From the sequence record PP129558: a DNA stretch of 64,000 bases. One strand, written 5' to 3'. This document shows positions 1-10,447 of this stretch, piece after piece. The DNA comes from Escherichia phage vB_EcoM_01. The notes beneath the pieces are model-generated. The model did not search any database, was not told the origin of the DNA, and was given only the letters and a program-made list of their open reading frames with translations. How positions within the stretch are numbered: position 1 is the first letter of the stretch; the number at the start of each line of letters is the position of its first letter. The position numbers and the translations under genes are program-made.

Positions 1-187
1 GAAAGTGCATTCCTCGCAAAACACCGAAGTTTGATTTAGACATGTTATCTTGAACGAAAGTTTGTCTACCAATGATATCTTCGTATTTTTGTTCATTATA
101 TGTTTCTAAAAAGAAACCACGATCATCTTTATAAACATCTGGTTTGATAATTACCGCACCTTCAATTTTTGTTTTTTCTACTTTCAT
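1..187 (-). CDS. rmlC: dTDP-4-dehydrorhamnose 3,5-epimerase (RmlC), N-terminal 62 codons; gene runs off the window start
   Basis: Minus-strand translation from ATG at 187 gives [33 protein letters not shown]...[20 protein letters not shown], matching the RmlC N-terminal signature as recalled from memory (RGFF.ET, FVQDNxSKS, VLRGxHF). ATGA start/stop overlap with rmlA. Absent from the ORF track only because it is truncated by the window edge. Confidence 0.7.
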   Translation of the reverse strand, partial: MKVEKTKIEGAVIIKPDVYKDDRGFFLETYNEQKYEDIIGRQTFVQDNMSKSNFGVLRGMHF

Positions 188-1062
188 TTTCTCTCCGCTA
201 ATTTGAGTAGGTATTGCCCGTACTCTGTTTTCTTCAGTGAGTTTCCATGATATACCAAAGTCTCTAAAGAAATCCACCCTTTTTTGAAAGCAATTTCTTC
301 CAGGCACGCAATCTTCAATCCTTGACGGTTCTCAATAGTCTGCACGAATTGACCAGCTTCCATCAGACTGGCGTGTGTTCCTGTGTCAAGCCAAGTAAAT
401 CCTCGTCCGAGAACTTCCACTTGTAACTTCCTGTCTTCGAGGTAGCTGCGATTGATATCTGTGATCTCCAGTTCTCCACGCGCGGAAGGGGTTACTTCTA
501 ATGCACGTTGAACAACAGAGTTATCATAGAAATACAAACCTGTGACAGCATAATCTGATTTAGGATTTTCAGGTTTCTCTTCAATAGAAATAGCTTGACG
601 ATTACTCCCAAATTCAACCACACCAAATCGTTCAGGATCTTTCACCAAATACCCGAAGATACAAGCTCCGCCACAAACATCTACCATCTCACTGGCGTTA
701 ATCAGTAGTTTACCAAAGCTTTGTCCGAAGAATAGGTTGTCACCTAAAATAAGAGCAACAGAGTCTTCTCCGATAAAATCTTTACCGATGATGAAAGCGT
801 CCGCAAGACCTCGTGGCTCGGATTGGATTGCGTAAGTGAGTTTTATCCCAAACATAGACCCATCTCCGAGAAGATACTCAAAGTCTTCCTGATCGCCTGG
901 TGTGGTGATGATTAAGATATCCTTAATGTCAGCCAACATCAATACCGATAAAGGGTAGTAGATCATGGGTTTGTCATACACAGGGAGCAATTGCTTGCTC
1001 ACACTGCGTGTTACCGGATGAAGGCGGGTTCCACTTCCTCCCGCCAAAATAATACCTTTCAT
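184..1062 (-). CDS. rmlA: glucose-1-phosphate thymidylyltransferase (RmlA)
   Basis: 292 aa; N-terminal [18 protein letters not shown] nucleotidyltransferase motif, overall length and pattern typical of RmlA/RfbA. Confidence 0.9.
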   Translation of the reverse strand: MKGIILAGGSGTRLHPVTRSVSKQLLPVYDKPMIYYPLSVLMLADIKDILIITTPGDQEDFEYLLGDGSMFGIKLTYAIQSEPRGLADAFIIGKDFIGEDSVALILGDNLFFGQSFGKLLINASEMVDVCGGACIFGYLVKDPERFGVVEFGSNRQAISIEEKPENPKSDYAVTGLYFYDNSVVQRALEVTPSARGELEITDINRSYLEDRKLQVEVLGRGFTWLDTGTHASLMEAGQFVQTIENRQGLKIACLEEIAFKKGWISLETLVYHGNSLKKTEYGQYLLKLAERK

Positions 1063-1070
1063 AACCCTCC

Positions 1071-2063
1071 TTAAATCTTCTCACTCCACCATTGAGGGTT
1101 GTTTAAGTACCATTCAATCGTTGAGTAGAGATCTTGTTCAAATGTAGAGTTTGCACTCCAACCCAGTTCAGACTCTATTTTAGAAGGATTGATTTCATAA
1201 CGCAAGTCATGTCCTTTACGATCTTCAACAAAAGTTATCAAGTTGGAAGAAGGGTAGGTTCCTGCTTCTGGATGTACAGTATCCATGTAGTCACAAACCA
1301 TATAGATGATCTCCATATTGGTTTTGGGATTACGTGTTCCAACATTATACGTTTGACCTGGTTCTCCACCTGTTGCCACTTGAAGAATAGCTCGCGCATG
1401 ATCCTCAACAAAAAGCCAGTCTCGCACCTGATCGCCTTTACCATACACCGGAATCTCTTTATTCGTCAAGATACTTGTGATGATTTTTGGGATCAGCTTT
1501 TCTGGATGTTGATAAGGTCCAAAGTTATTGGAGCAGTTGGTTATCACAACAGGTAAACCGTAGGTACGGTACCAAGCTTTCACAAGATGGTCAGATGCTG
1601 CCTTAGACGCACTGTACGGGCTTGAAGGGGCATAAGCTGTCTCTTCGGTAAAGGGAACGCCAGAGTCTGCCATATCACCGTACACTTCGTCTGTGGAGAC
1701 GTGTACGAACATCTTCAGTTTATTTTTTGGGAGGAGCCTTGCAGCTTCCAATAAATTGTATGTACCAATAATATTGGAGTCGATGAAAACTCGTGGATTC
1801 TTGATAGAATTATCCACATGACTCTCTGCCGCTAAGTGAATGATGAAATCGGGATTGCACTCTACTACTAAACTTTTTACTTGGGCTTCGTTTGCCAAAT
1901 CTGTCATGCTTAGTTTAACGTGAGTGATATCGCCTACATTCTCAATATCTGCTGCATAGCTCATCTTATCAACGACAAAAACTTCGTTATTAGGATCTTG
2001 ACAAAGAGAGCGCACCACGGCACTCCCAATAAAACCAAGACCACCTGTTACCAGATAGCGCAT
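1071..2063 (-). CDS. rmlB: dTDP-glucose 4,6-dehydratase (RmlB)
   Basis: 330 aa; N-terminal GGLGFIGS Rossmann motif and YSASK catalytic YxxxK motif of short-chain dehydratases; AAGGAG RBS 6 nt upstream. Confidence 0.9.
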   Translation of the reverse strand: MRYLVTGGLGFIGSAVVRSLCQDPNNEVFVVDKMSYAADIENVGDITHVKLSMTDLANEAQVKSLVVECNPDFIIHLAAESHVDNSIKNPRVFIDSNIIGTYNLLEAARLLPKNKLKMFVHVSTDEVYGDMADSGVPFTEETAYAPSSPYSASKAASDHLVKAWYRTYGLPVVITNCSNNFGPYQHPEKLIPKIITSILTNKEIPVYGKGDQVRDWLFVEDHARAILQVATGGEPGQTYNVGTRNPKTNMEIIYMVCDYMDTVHPEAGTYPSSNLITFVEDRKGHDLRYEINPSKIESELGWSANSTFEQDLYSTIEWYLNNPQWWSEKI

Positions 2064-2072
2064 CAGTTCTCC

Positions 2073-2399
2073 TTACCAGACGTTTTGTGATACTAATGTT
2101 TCAGTTTCAATATTATACTTATTAAGCAGTTCAAAATAGATCTCATTCGCTTTTTTATTTAAGCTTGTGAGGTCTATGGCACAAGCACCACAGCCGCTAC
2201 ACAGCTTGACACCGAAGACACAATCTTCAGGATCTGCATCGTACCACGGGGAAATGTTGTCCAAGCCCAAACCTTCGCAGAGAAACCAATTAAAGTCCCC
2301 ATCGAACTGGTCTTCAACTTGTGGGTCGTCTCCAAATATTTCTTTCCATTTATCATATGGTGCACCCTGTAACATATGCCATTCGATATCAATACCCAT
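2073..2399 (-). CDS. hypothetical protein (Cys-rich, CSGCGAC motif)
   Basis: 108 aa ORF in the gene-dense minus-strand operon; start overlaps the stop of the upstream small ORF. Confidence 0.4.
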   Translation of the reverse strand: MGIDIEWHMLQGAPYDKWKEIFGDDPQVEDQFDGDFNWFLCEGLGLDNISPWYDADPEDCVFGVKLCSGCGACAIDLTSLNKKANEIYFELLNKYNIETETLVSQNVW

Positions 2400-2553
2400 T
2401 ATTCATCTCCTCCTCTTCTTGAGCAGCTTTAATAATTGCTTCATAAATATCGTAAGCAATACCTCCACAACATCTAGCTTCGAAAGCTATTGCTTCTGCA
2501 ATGTGATCTGTTAATTCTCGTGGAATGCGGACATACTCTTTTTCACTCTCCAT
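2389..2553 (-). CDS. hypothetical small protein (54 aa)
   Basis: ATG at 2553 to TGA at 2389-2391, found by manual translation; below the ORF-track length cutoff; overlaps neighbours at both ends. Confidence 0.25.
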   Translation of the reverse strand: MESEKEYVRIPRELTDHIAEAIAFEARCCGGIAYDIYEAIIKAAQEEEEMNNGY

Positions 2554-2695
2554 CTTCTACCTCCAACCCTTCTTTTTCAAAGACTACTACTCGTCCCTCA
2601 CCATGACAATTCAGGCAAGGAAATGTTACCATAATTTCCACTTCCATCTGTCCCGTCCCACCGCACACAGGACAAAAAATAAGTTTTTCAGCCAC
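2543..2695 (-). CDS. hypothetical zinc-ribbon protein (50 aa, CPVCGG...CLNCHG)
   Basis: GTG start at 2695 preceded by AAGGAGG; two CxxC pairs; stop overlaps the next start. Confidence 0.3.
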   Translation of the reverse strand: MAEKLIFCPVCGGTGQMEVEIMVTFPCLNCHGEGRVVVFEKEGLEVEDGE

Positions 2696-2904
2696 TATTC
2701 CTCCTTAATTATTTCAAACTTGGCAACACCATTTACAATAATATGACCACAAGACATAACTCCTAGCCAAGGATCGCCGTTTTTCTTCAGGCGTTTACCG
2801 AATACATCACAAAAACCATTCTTCATTTCAGAGGCTTCATAAGAAGCCCCTTTGTCAAAAACGTCTTTGAATGTGTCGATTATACCAACACATTTCAAAA
2901 TCAT
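2695..2904 (-). CDS. hypothetical protein
   Basis: 69 aa ORF; start overlaps the nrdB stop. Confidence 0.35.
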   Translation of the reverse strand: MILKCVGIIDTFKDVFDKGASYEASEMKNGFCDVFGKRLKKNGDPWLGVMSCGHIIVNGVAKFEIIKEE

Positions 2905-3989
2905 TCGAAGTCAAGCTCCTCATCATCAGAGAGATCTTTGTTAGCTGAATTCAATTTGTAGTTAGTTAACTGAATCTCTTGGGCTGCTGACTGAATCAAA
3001 TCAGGATTCAACCATTTTTCCATCCAAGCTAAAGGACTATGTTTAGGTGCTTTAAACTTGGCTTTCATTTTCAATCGACGATAAATAGGGGCAGCATTGA
3101 AATAAACCCACTGTTTAGACAATTCGGCGTTAAGACCTACAATAAAACGCCCTTCACTAAACAGGTAGTCACACCACTGTTCCTCTTGTTCAACAACAGT
3201 GTCGAGAATCAAAGTCAACTCTTCGATATTGTCTTCGTAAATTTTACGCCAAATTGGGTCATGCATCAATGCATCAATTACAGCATAATCCATCTTAACA
3301 TGCAAGATTTCATCTAGCATAATTTTCTGGATCAGTTTACAAGCCCCAACAAACAGTTGTTGTTCTGCCATAGCAAAAGTAGCAGAGAAGGAAGATATAA
3401 ACTGAATACCTTCTAATCCAATCAGGGCTACCATCCCTTTAAGAATCAGCAGTCGAAGTTCATCGTTAGCTTCAATCAATCCTAGAGCATACTTATGACC
3501 AGCTTCTTCCAACTGACCCATGATATCAGCAATGATACCCATACGATTGAAAATTTTATCATTAATCATAATCTGATTGATGACTTCGATTGGATCTGGA
3601 GTACATTGACGGATTATTTCAGAATACGTTAACGCATGGAGAACTTCCATTTCACTCTGCTTCATCATCATAGCACAGGCTTCATTGTTACTCAAGAATG
3701 GAGAGAACAAAGTGATGATTGATTTTGCAAGAGAATCATTTTCCCATTGGAACGATAAGTTTTTAATCATAACATCATAGTTGTTTTTAGAACAAGCTAC
3801 GAAATCTTTACGTGTCTGATCCAGATTGACTTCATTCTCATCCCAATCTTGTGCTTTTTGAAGTTTGTAGAGTTTGTGCATCTCTGGATAAGTTACGTTA
3901 ACAGAATCAAAGATCCCTAATTGTTCCCCTAAAAATACTGGATATTTTCCTGTTTTGTAAACTTCATTGTGTAAATTAATTGCTGCCAT
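2901..3989 (-). CDS. nrdB: ribonucleotide reductase class Ia beta subunit (NrdB)
   Basis: 362 aa; ferritin-like R2 pattern and acidic C-terminal tail (DLSDDEELDFE) typical of NrdB; lies next to nrdA once the N gap is discounted. Confidence 0.85.
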   Translation of the reverse strand: MAAINLHNEVYKTGKYPVFLGEQLGIFDSVNVTYPEMHKLYKLQKAQDWDENEVNLDQTRKDFVACSKNNYDVMIKNLSFQWENDSLAKSIITLFSPFLSNNEACAMMMKQSEMEVLHALTYSEIIRQCTPDPIEVINQIMINDKIFNRMGIIADIMGQLEEAGHKYALGLIEANDELRLLILKGMVALIGLEGIQFISSFSATFAMAEQQLFVGACKLIQKIMLDEILHVKMDYAVIDALMHDPIWRKIYEDNIEELTLILDTVVEQEEQWCDYLFSEGRFIVGLNAELSKQWVYFNAAPIYRRLKMKAKFKAPKHSPLAWMEKWLNPDLIQSAAQEIQLTNYKLNSANKDLSDDEELDFE

Positions 3990-5124
3990 TTAAAATTCTC
4001 CTCAATAAAAAGGGGCCGAAGCCCCTAGTTTCATCACATCTTGCAAGCTTCACAACCACCATCAGAATCTTCTTGTGCTAAAGAGTCTGCTGATTTTGTT
4101 CTACTATTAAGGTAATACAATGANNNNNNNNNNNNNNNNNNNNNNNNNNNNNNNNNNNNNNNNNNNNNNNNNNNNNNNNNNNNNNNNNNNNNNNNNNNNN
4201 NNNNNNNNNNNNNNNNNNNNNNNNNNNNNNNNNNNNNNNNNNNNNNNNNNNNNNNNNNNNNNNNNNNNNNNNNNNNNNNNNNNNNNNNNNNNNNNNNNNN
4301 NNNNNNNNNNNNNNNNNNNNNNNNNNNNNNNNNNNNNNNNNNNNNNNNNNNNNNNNNNNNNNNNNNNNNNNNNNNNNNNNNNNNNNNNNNNNNNNNNNNN
4401 NNNNNNNNNNNNNNNNNNNNNNNNNNNNNNNNNNNNNNNNNNNNNNNNNNNNNNNNNNNNNNNNNNNNNNNNNNNNNNNNNNNNNNNNNNNNNNNNNNNN
4501 NNNNNNNNNNNNNNNNNNNNNNNNNNNNNNNNNNNNNNNNNNNNNNNNNNNNNNNNNNNNNNNNNNNNNNNNNNNNNNNNNNNNNNNNNNNNNNNNNNNN
4601 NNNNNNNNNNNNNNNNNNNNNNNNNNNNNNNNNNNNNNNNNNNNNNNNNNNNNNNNNNNNNNNNNNNNNNNNNNNNNNNNNNNNNNNNNNNNNNNNNNNN
4701 NNNNNNNNNNNNNNNNNNNNNNNNNNNNNNNNNNNNNNNNNNNNNNNNNNNNNNNNNNNNNNNNNNNNNNNNNNNNNNNNNNNNNNNNNNNNNNNNNNNN
4801 NNNNNNNNNNNNNNNNNNNNNNNNNNNNNNNNNNNNNNNNNNNNNNNNNNNNNNNNNNNNNNNNNNNNNNNNNNNNNNNNNNNNNNNNNNNNNNNNNNNN
4901 NNNNNNNNNNNNNNNNNNNNNNNNNNNNNNNNNNNNNNNNNNNNNNNNNNNNNNNNNNNNNNNNNNNNNNNNNNNATTAATTGCTGCCATTTAAAATTCT
5001 CCTCAATAAAAAGGGGCCGAAGCCCCTAGTTTCATCACATCTTGCAAGCTTCACAACCACCATCAGAATCTTCTTGTGCTAAAGAGTCTGCTGATTTTGT
5101 TCTACTATTAAGGTAATACAATGA
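3973..5124. other. assembly gap: N run 4125-4975 flanked by identical ~150-bp sequence (3973-4124 = 4973-5124)
   Basis: Flanks are identical and each contains the nrdA stop, a terminator hairpin and the nrdB start; uncollapsed contig-end overlap. ORFs 4034..4990 and 4120..4980 are artefacts. Confidence 0.9.
5005..5027 (-). terminator. intrinsic terminator-like hairpin between nrdA and nrdB (duplicated at 4005-4027)
   Basis: Minus-strand RNA reads AGGGGCTTCGGCCCCT followed by TTTTTAT; GC stem with TTCG loop. Confidence 0.5.
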
Positions 5125-7275
5125 TTTGCCACCCAGTCTAGCAAAATTCAAAATAAACTGCATCTCAGCTTTCACGGATAAACGTCCACCTACCAATTTA
5201 GAATAATCTAGCCAAGAATCACAAGAAATTCCTTGGTCAGTAAACTTGGTAAAGATACCATACATTTCTGCAAGGTCTTTAGCCGGAGTATCCCAGGCAG
5301 ATTGGTAGAACATTTTCAGTTTTTCGTAGTCTGGAACAATAAATAATACACTACCTTTCTGACTTTGTTTATACATAATGGTATCACGAACAGGATACAG
5401 AGAGTTAGTAGTATTGCTTACCAAACTGCTGGACTCATTAGGTGCAATAGCAGCCAATACACTGTTACGGATACCACCTTGTTCAATGATTTCAGCACGT
5501 AAGCCTTCCCAGTCCATTTTAAGATCAAAATTACCGATACTATCTACTGTTTTAGCATAAGTGTCAATTGGTAGCCAACCTTGAGGCCATTTGGTCTTAT
5601 CGATCCATTCTGCATTACCTTTTTCCTTAGCCAGACGCAGAGAGGCTTTTGCCAACCAGAAGTAATGACGTTCTGCAAGTTCATGCATTAATTTTTTAGC
5701 ATAAGCATCTGAATAATTTACAAAATTACTTGCCAAGTAATGCGCTAAGTTTGTAATGCCTACACCAATAGATCTACGTGCTTTAGCAGTTATTTCGTTA
5801 TGTTTAAATGGATAATCCATTGTTTCAATAACGTTGTCAATTGTCAATACAGTGTAGTATGCAACATCTTCATATTCTTCAGGTAATACACGACCAGCAA
5901 CAATAGAAGATAAGAAGCATAAAGCCAATTCTTGATCTTCTGTATTCTCACCAGTAAAGAGATCCGGCATACTGTGGAAAGCTTTAGTTGGTAAGAAGAT
6001 CTCTTGACACAGGTTTGATTGATACACCGTATCCAGGAAAGGTGTATGGTTGTTAACGTTGTCAGCAAAGAACATGTAAATACGTCCTGTTTCTGCACGT
6101 TGAACAATAATCTCTGTCAGAAGATCACGAGCCTTAACAAATTTTTTCTTAATGCGACGACGGCTTACTTTGTCATAAACTGCATCAAACTCTTCTTCAC
6201 TTTTATACAAAGCTTCATAAAGTTCTGGAGCATCATCACAACTAACTAACATCCAATCTTCGTTTTTTGCTGCTCGACGCAAGAATGAACGGTTAACAAC
6301 AATAGAATAATCCAGTTTGTCTACTCGTTTATCTATAGGTGTTGTTGGATTCTTCAGTCGAATCAGATCGTCGAAGTCTGGTTCAAGTATGGTAAAGGTA
6401 ACTGTAGCACTACCTCCACGGCTTGCTTGCTTCGAAGCTCCAACACTATCTTCCATCCATTTCAGATATGGAAGAAGACCACCATGAATAATACGATTAT
6501 TCTTAACACCTTGACCTGTGGCACGAGTTTGAAGATTAACACCAATACCTGCGTTATTTAACGTATACTCATGAGCTAAGTAATTAGCAATGGCTAAAGA
6601 CTCTGCTGTATCGTCTGCGCGGAATAAACAACAAGACGCACTTCCTTTGATTGGAGTTCGTAGAGTTGTCAGATACGGCGATGGCAGATTAATCTTAAGA
6701 TCGCTAACATAAGTATAAAGTTTTTTAATATCTTCTATACGGCGTTCTTTTGGTTGGATCTCCATAACCTTCATTGCGATACCAATGAAAAGAAACTGTG
6801 GAGACTCATGCACAACATCGTTTACTGCATCTCGAATAAGATATTTATCTACCATCTGACGTAAAACAGAATAACCATAAGTTAGATTTTTATTATGCTT
6901 TACAATCTTACCGATTTCTTTGATCTCTTCATCAGTATAATCCATTTTAGCCCAATGTCCACGTTCTACCATATCATGATAAAAGGTATTCAGTGAAGGG
7001 ATACTGTGGTATCCCCCATGAGCCTGTTTGTAAATCATACCCAGAAGAAGTCTTCCTGCCATATCACTGTAAGCTTGTGTTTTCTTGTCAATACACGCTG
7101 CAATCATTGCTTTATGCAGATCACGTGTAGACACACCGTCATAACACCGCTTCACAGCTTCTAATTCAATTTCAGACCAGTTTAGTTTACCTGCTGCAAA
7201 TTCAGACCACTTGCGAAGTTTTTCTGGATTAAACTCCTCTGTCTTACCGTTAGATTTAGTTACAAAACGAATCAA
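5035..7275 (-). CDS. nrdA: ribonucleotide reductase class Ia alpha subunit (NrdA)
   Basis: 746 aa; N-terminal ATP-cone-like region and C-terminal Cys pair (CEACKM) typical of NrdA. Confidence 0.85.
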   Translation of the reverse strand: MIRFVTKSNGKTEEFNPEKLRKWSEFAAGKLNWSEIELEAVKRCYDGVSTRDLHKAMIAACIDKKTQAYSDMAGRLLLGMIYKQAHGGYHSIPSLNTFYHDMVERGHWAKMDYTDEEIKEIGKIVKHNKNLTYGYSVLRQMVDKYLIRDAVNDVVHESPQFLFIGIAMKVMEIQPKERRIEDIKKLYTYVSDLKINLPSPYLTTLRTPIKGSASCCLFRADDTAESLAIANYLAHEYTLNNAGIGVNLQTRATGQGVKNNRIIHGGLLPYLKWMEDSVGASKQASRGGSATVTFTILEPDFDDLIRLKNPTTPIDKRVDKLDYSIVVNRSFLRRAAKNEDWMLVSCDDAPELYEALYKSEEEFDAVYDKVSRRRIKKKFVKARDLLTEIIVQRAETGRIYMFFADNVNNHTPFLDTVYQSNLCQEIFLPTKAFHSMPDLFTGENTEDQELALCFLSSIVAGRVLPEEYEDVAYYTVLTIDNVIETMDYPFKHNEITAKARRSIGVGITNLAHYLASNFVNYSDAYAKKLMHELAERHYFWLAKASLRLAKEKGNAEWIDKTKWPQGWLPIDTYAKTVDSIGNFDLKMDWEGLRAEIIEQGGIRNSVLAAIAPNESSSLVSNTTNSLYPVRDTIMYKQSQKGSVLFIVPDYEKLKMFYQSAWDTPAKDLAEMYGIFTKFTDQGISCDSWLDYSKLVGGRLSVKAEMQFILNFARLGGKSLYYLNSRTKSADSLAQEDSDGGCEACKM

Positions 7276-7291
7276 CTTCTCCTCCCTATTA

Positions 7292-7546
7292 TTAATGCAT
7301 ATTCAAAACATCTACATCATAACCGAACTTCATTTCATTAAAAAGTCCATTAGCATATAGAAAACCTTCAAAATGAGTTATGTCATCAAACCCTTTTGCT
7401 TTTGCTCGACGGTCTGCTTCTTGTCTTTTAGGAGATAAACGTTTTGAAGTGTCTAGAATTACAGTTACATTACAACCAACAGTTTCATCAAAATAGACTT
7501 CGATTTCACAGCCTTCATATTTATTATCAGTCATTGTCCCTCTCAT
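7292..7546 (-). CDS. hypothetical protein
   Basis: 84 aa ORF; alternative start at 7534 (MTDNK) behind a GAGAGGG RBS. Confidence 0.35.
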   Translation of the reverse strand: MRGTMTDNKYEGCEIEVYFDETVGCNVTVILDTSKRLSPKRQEADRRAKAKGFDDITHFEGFLYANGLFNEMKFGYDVDVLNMH

Positions 7547-7953
7547 TGATTAGTATCATCTGCTTTCGCAGGATCATAAGAGTTACCGAAATCATCCATC
7601 TTAATATGTGACGCACCCCAACCTGTAAATTCTTCATCACCAAAATGAAAAATATCATTTTCTTGGTAGATTCGTTTAAAACCACAATTAGGTGAAACAG
7701 GGAAAGTGAAAAGCGTTGTATTTGCAAACACTACTCGCTTATCGTTATTGCTTCGGATATTCACATTACGCTCAACAGAATAGTGTGAATCTTCAGCCAT
7801 ACCCAGCATTACAAGCGACGCTCTAATAACAGCATTTTGTTTCTCGTGTGGGATATTGCCATTGTGTTTATTTGATTCTAGTTTCCAGATAGGGGTAGAC
7901 ATTACAGTAGACATGCTTACGGTAGCCCAAGTTGTAGTATTTACTAATGACAT
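7543..7953 (-). CDS. hypothetical protein
   Basis: ORF track gives 7543..7986; the ATG at 7953 (MSLVNTTTW) has an AAGGAGAA RBS and is the likelier start. Confidence 0.4.
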   Translation of the reverse strand: MSLVNTTTWATVSMSTVMSTPIWKLESNKHNGNIPHEKQNAVIRASLVMLGMAEDSHYSVERNVNIRSNNDKRVVFANTTLFTFPVSPNCGFKRIYQENDIFHFGDEEFTGWGASHIKMDDFGNSYDPAKADDTNQ

Positions 7954-8007
7954 ATTTTCTCCTTCATTTTGAATGGGAGGACTCACCTCCTCCCAGTATT
8001 GTGCTAT

Positions 8008-8035
8008 ATTATACTAAAACTAATACTAAAGTCAA
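8008..8035 (-). promoter_or_regulatory. sigma70-like promoter (TTGACT-N16-TATAAT) on the minus strand
   Basis: Minus strand reads TTGACT, 16-nt spacer, TATAAT; followed by a GGGAGGA/TCCTCCC hairpin in the 5-prime UTR of the 7543..7953 gene. Confidence 0.55.
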
Positions 8036-8051
8036 TAATTATTTAAACAGA

Positions 8052-9050
8052 TCACCATTTAGTATGATTTGTTAAAAGTTGACGATGTTGAATCCAGCCT
8101 TTGAAATTGCCAGACCAAAACTTACCATTACGATCTACATGGGTAATACCTGGTTCCCAAGAGTTAAAATCCCAAGGAGCATTGATAAACAAATCTTCAA
8201 AACAGTTCTCTCCATATTGTTCGCATGTTTCTTGCATTGGAGTCGCTTGATGTTCAAACGGAGAAGCATGAACCTTGCGCCCAGTCAGCAAACGACCATA
8301 GATATCTAAAGCTTTATCTTTAGTTGCATTTAAACGACGATAGCTAACCTGTGCACAACACGAAGCTGAAATAGCTTTGGCTTCTTCCAAAGTAAGCACA
8401 ACAACTTCTCCAGATTCATCTTGAACGTAGTATCCACCAAAAACAAAATGATCGTCACCTTCTGTGCCAATATTATCATAGAAATGGTCTACATAAGGTG
8501 TGTGCCATTGCCCTGGTTTCAGCACTTCTGGTGTAGATTCTTCATACTCTTTGTGCATCTCTTTAGCCAAAGCTTCGATAGTAGGATCGGCTTCTTTGTC
8601 ATCACGTAGCCACCAGAAATTTTCATATTCTGTTGCTGTCAGAACTGTTTTAATTCGTTGGAAAGGTTCCAGAAGACGGTTTGCAACTTGTTTGTGGTAC
8701 CCTGCCAAAGAGAATTCTTCTGCAAAACGTGCTGCACTAAGCGCGGCAAGATCCCACCACTCTTGAGCAGTATAACCTGCATCAATAAGAGCGTCATGAT
8801 CAACACCTTTATCCTGCATACCAGGTTGGTTAGCCCCAAAACGATAAGGACGAGCAGGTTGATTTCGCACCATTTCAATCAGTGTTTTAACAGGTATAGC
8901 ACGGCTAGAAGCAGCATTACGACTGAACAGGCGGTGAGTCATCAATTCTGAATGAATAATACGTGGATATTCTAGTTCAAAAGTTACAATCTCTTTTCCG
9001 TCTTCAGTGATGGAATGCGCAATAATACTAGCCGAAATCTGTTTTGTCAT
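8052..9050 (-). CDS. ThyX-like (flavin-dependent thymidylate synthase family) protein, divergent
   Basis: 332 aa; HRLFSRNAASSR resembles the ThyX RHRxxSxNxxSxR signature and HASPFEH resembles the ThyX HxSPFEH motif, but in non-canonical order and spacing, with a second weak HR motif (QHRQLLTNH) at the C-terminus. Confidence 0.45.
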   Translation of the reverse strand: MTKQISASIIAHSITEDGKEIVTFELEYPRIIHSELMTHRLFSRNAASSRAIPVKTLIEMVRNQPARPYRFGANQPGMQDKGVDHDALIDAGYTAQEWWDLAALSAARFAEEFSLAGYHKQVANRLLEPFQRIKTVLTATEYENFWWLRDDKEADPTIEALAKEMHKEYEESTPEVLKPGQWHTPYVDHFYDNIGTEGDDHFVFGGYYVQDESGEVVVLTLEEAKAISASCCAQVSYRRLNATKDKALDIYGRLLTGRKVHASPFEHQATPMQETCEQYGENCFEDLFINAPWDFNSWEPGITHVDRNGKFWSGNFKGWIQHRQLLTNHTKW

Positions 9051-9059
9051 TTTTTCTCC

Positions 9060-9668
9060 TTAGTTTTTAAAATTGTTCAAAGTGTTAAAAACATCCAAAC
9101 ATGTTAGCCACTGATCTTCTAAACCTGTGATCACAACATTTGGTTTTTTCTTTAGTTCTTCTAGATGGTTATCTTTATAAGGCGTATTAAAATATATTTT
9201 AACCACTTCATCTGGAAAATATAGTAGGTTATCAGCCCTGTCATCTATTGCTATATCACAAGGCAATAAATATTTTTCTTTCGTAGCAAAAAAGCCGTTG
9301 CCAGATCCTTTGCTAAAATCAATCGTATCTAATGTTCTTAAAACATGCTTATGTTTAGAACTTAAGTGACCACCTTTTGTCACACTTGCGATCAAAAGAT
9401 TGCTACCTTTTCTTGAAACATACTTTAAGAAATCTGGCATACCTGTAACAAAACCCATTGTATCATAGAGATGAGGATTATCCAGAAATCCGTAAGGATC
9501 TATGTTGAACTCTTCCCTGAAACCAGGAAAATAGTTGGTAAGATCGTAATCTGCATTTTTTGTGAATGTGTCGATTTTAACACCAAGTCCACTAATCTTA
9601 TTCAACCATTCTAACCAAGCAACATCTAATGGAGCCACAACTAAATCCCAATCACATACTATCTGCAT
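9060..9668 (-). CDS. HAD-superfamily phosphatase, possible 5-prime deoxynucleotidase
   Basis: 202 aa; N-terminal DxD motif (VCDWDLV) and a late hhhhDD motif (IAIDDRADN) typical of HAD hydrolases. Confidence 0.4.
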   Translation of the reverse strand: MQIVCDWDLVVAPLDVAWLEWLNKISGLGVKIDTFTKNADYDLTNYFPGFREEFNIDPYGFLDNPHLYDTMGFVTGMPDFLKYVSRKGSNLLIASVTKGGHLSSKHKHVLRTLDTIDFSKGSGNGFFATKEKYLLPCDIAIDDRADNLLYFPDEVVKIYFNTPYKDNHLEELKKKPNVVITGLEDQWLTCLDVFNTLNNFKN

Positions 9669-9704
9669 AAAACCTCCTCTCTCTTTTAGTATAGTTATCT
9701 TATA

Positions 9705-10280
9705 CTAACTTTCAATTTCCTGCAATAGGATTTTGACTATTTGTTTACGGCGTTTAGCTACTGTGCTTTCAGGTTCTATTTTACGCTTCTTCAACCAAGC
9801 TTTATCTTTCTTAGCTCTACACAAAGCTATCGCTTCTTTTTCAGCTTTTGCTTCTTCAAAAGATATGCCTTGCTTGTCTGCATAAGCAAGAATAGAGTTG
9901 CACAATTTACAAACCATGCGCAAATCTTCTTCTTTCACATAGATTAAACGGAAAACAAAAAGAGGAATATCATCAAAACATTGAAGTTGTTTTGCTGCGT
10001 GAATATGATCCACTTGGAAGTCTTTCATTCCTCCTCTATGTCCACATATTTCGCACTCACAATTCCAAACTTGTTTTGGTTTTCCAGTTTTCTTGTCTAT
10101 CATCACATTGCCGTCTTTATCTACGCGATCAACTTTAAAACGCCTTGCATTGATAACCTTAATTTTATTAGGGTGTCTCATCCATGCTTTTCTAAAACAT
10201 CCTCTAAGATAAGTATAAAATTCCGCTTGTGTTTTCCAGGGTGTTCCTTCACCCCACATTATTTTTGGTTCACCTGCCAA
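9705..10280 (-). CDS. HNH endonuclease
   Basis: 191 aa; CECEICGH...QVDHIHA...CKLCN matches a CxxC-HH-N-CxxC HNH zinc-finger nuclease layout. Confidence 0.55.
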   Translation of the reverse strand: MAGEPKIMWGEGTPWKTQAEFYTYLRGCFRKAWMRHPNKIKVINARRFKVDRVDKDGNVMIDKKTGKPKQVWNCECEICGHRGGMKDFQVDHIHAAKQLQCFDDIPLFVFRLIYVKEEDLRMVCKLCNSILAYADKQGISFEEAKAEKEAIALCRAKKDKAWLKKRKIEPESTVAKRRKQIVKILLQEIES

Positions 10281-10327
10281 TATTGCTCACCTTTTTAGCT
10301 GTATATTCCCCTGGTGGGATATTGTGT

Positions 10328-10359
10328 TTAAAAAACAAAAGGCGGTCTAACCCCGCCTT
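10328..10359 (-). terminator. intrinsic terminator (minus strand)
   Basis: Minus-strand hairpin AAGGCGG...CCGCCTT followed by TTTGTTTTTT, downstream of the 10448..10849 gene. Confidence 0.55.
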
Positions 10360-10447
10360 GCACATTGTTTCTGGAATAGTCAAAGTTAGTAAAAGTTTAT
10401 CACCTTTTCGGTTGAATATTTTATAAACTTCTCCTGCTCCATATTGT

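Noticed and set aside
4034-4990. ORFs of 318 and 286 aa made almost entirely of X codons, on both strands across the N run
   Set aside because: They are products of translating Ns; the flanking sequence is a duplicated contig overlap, so there is no gene here.
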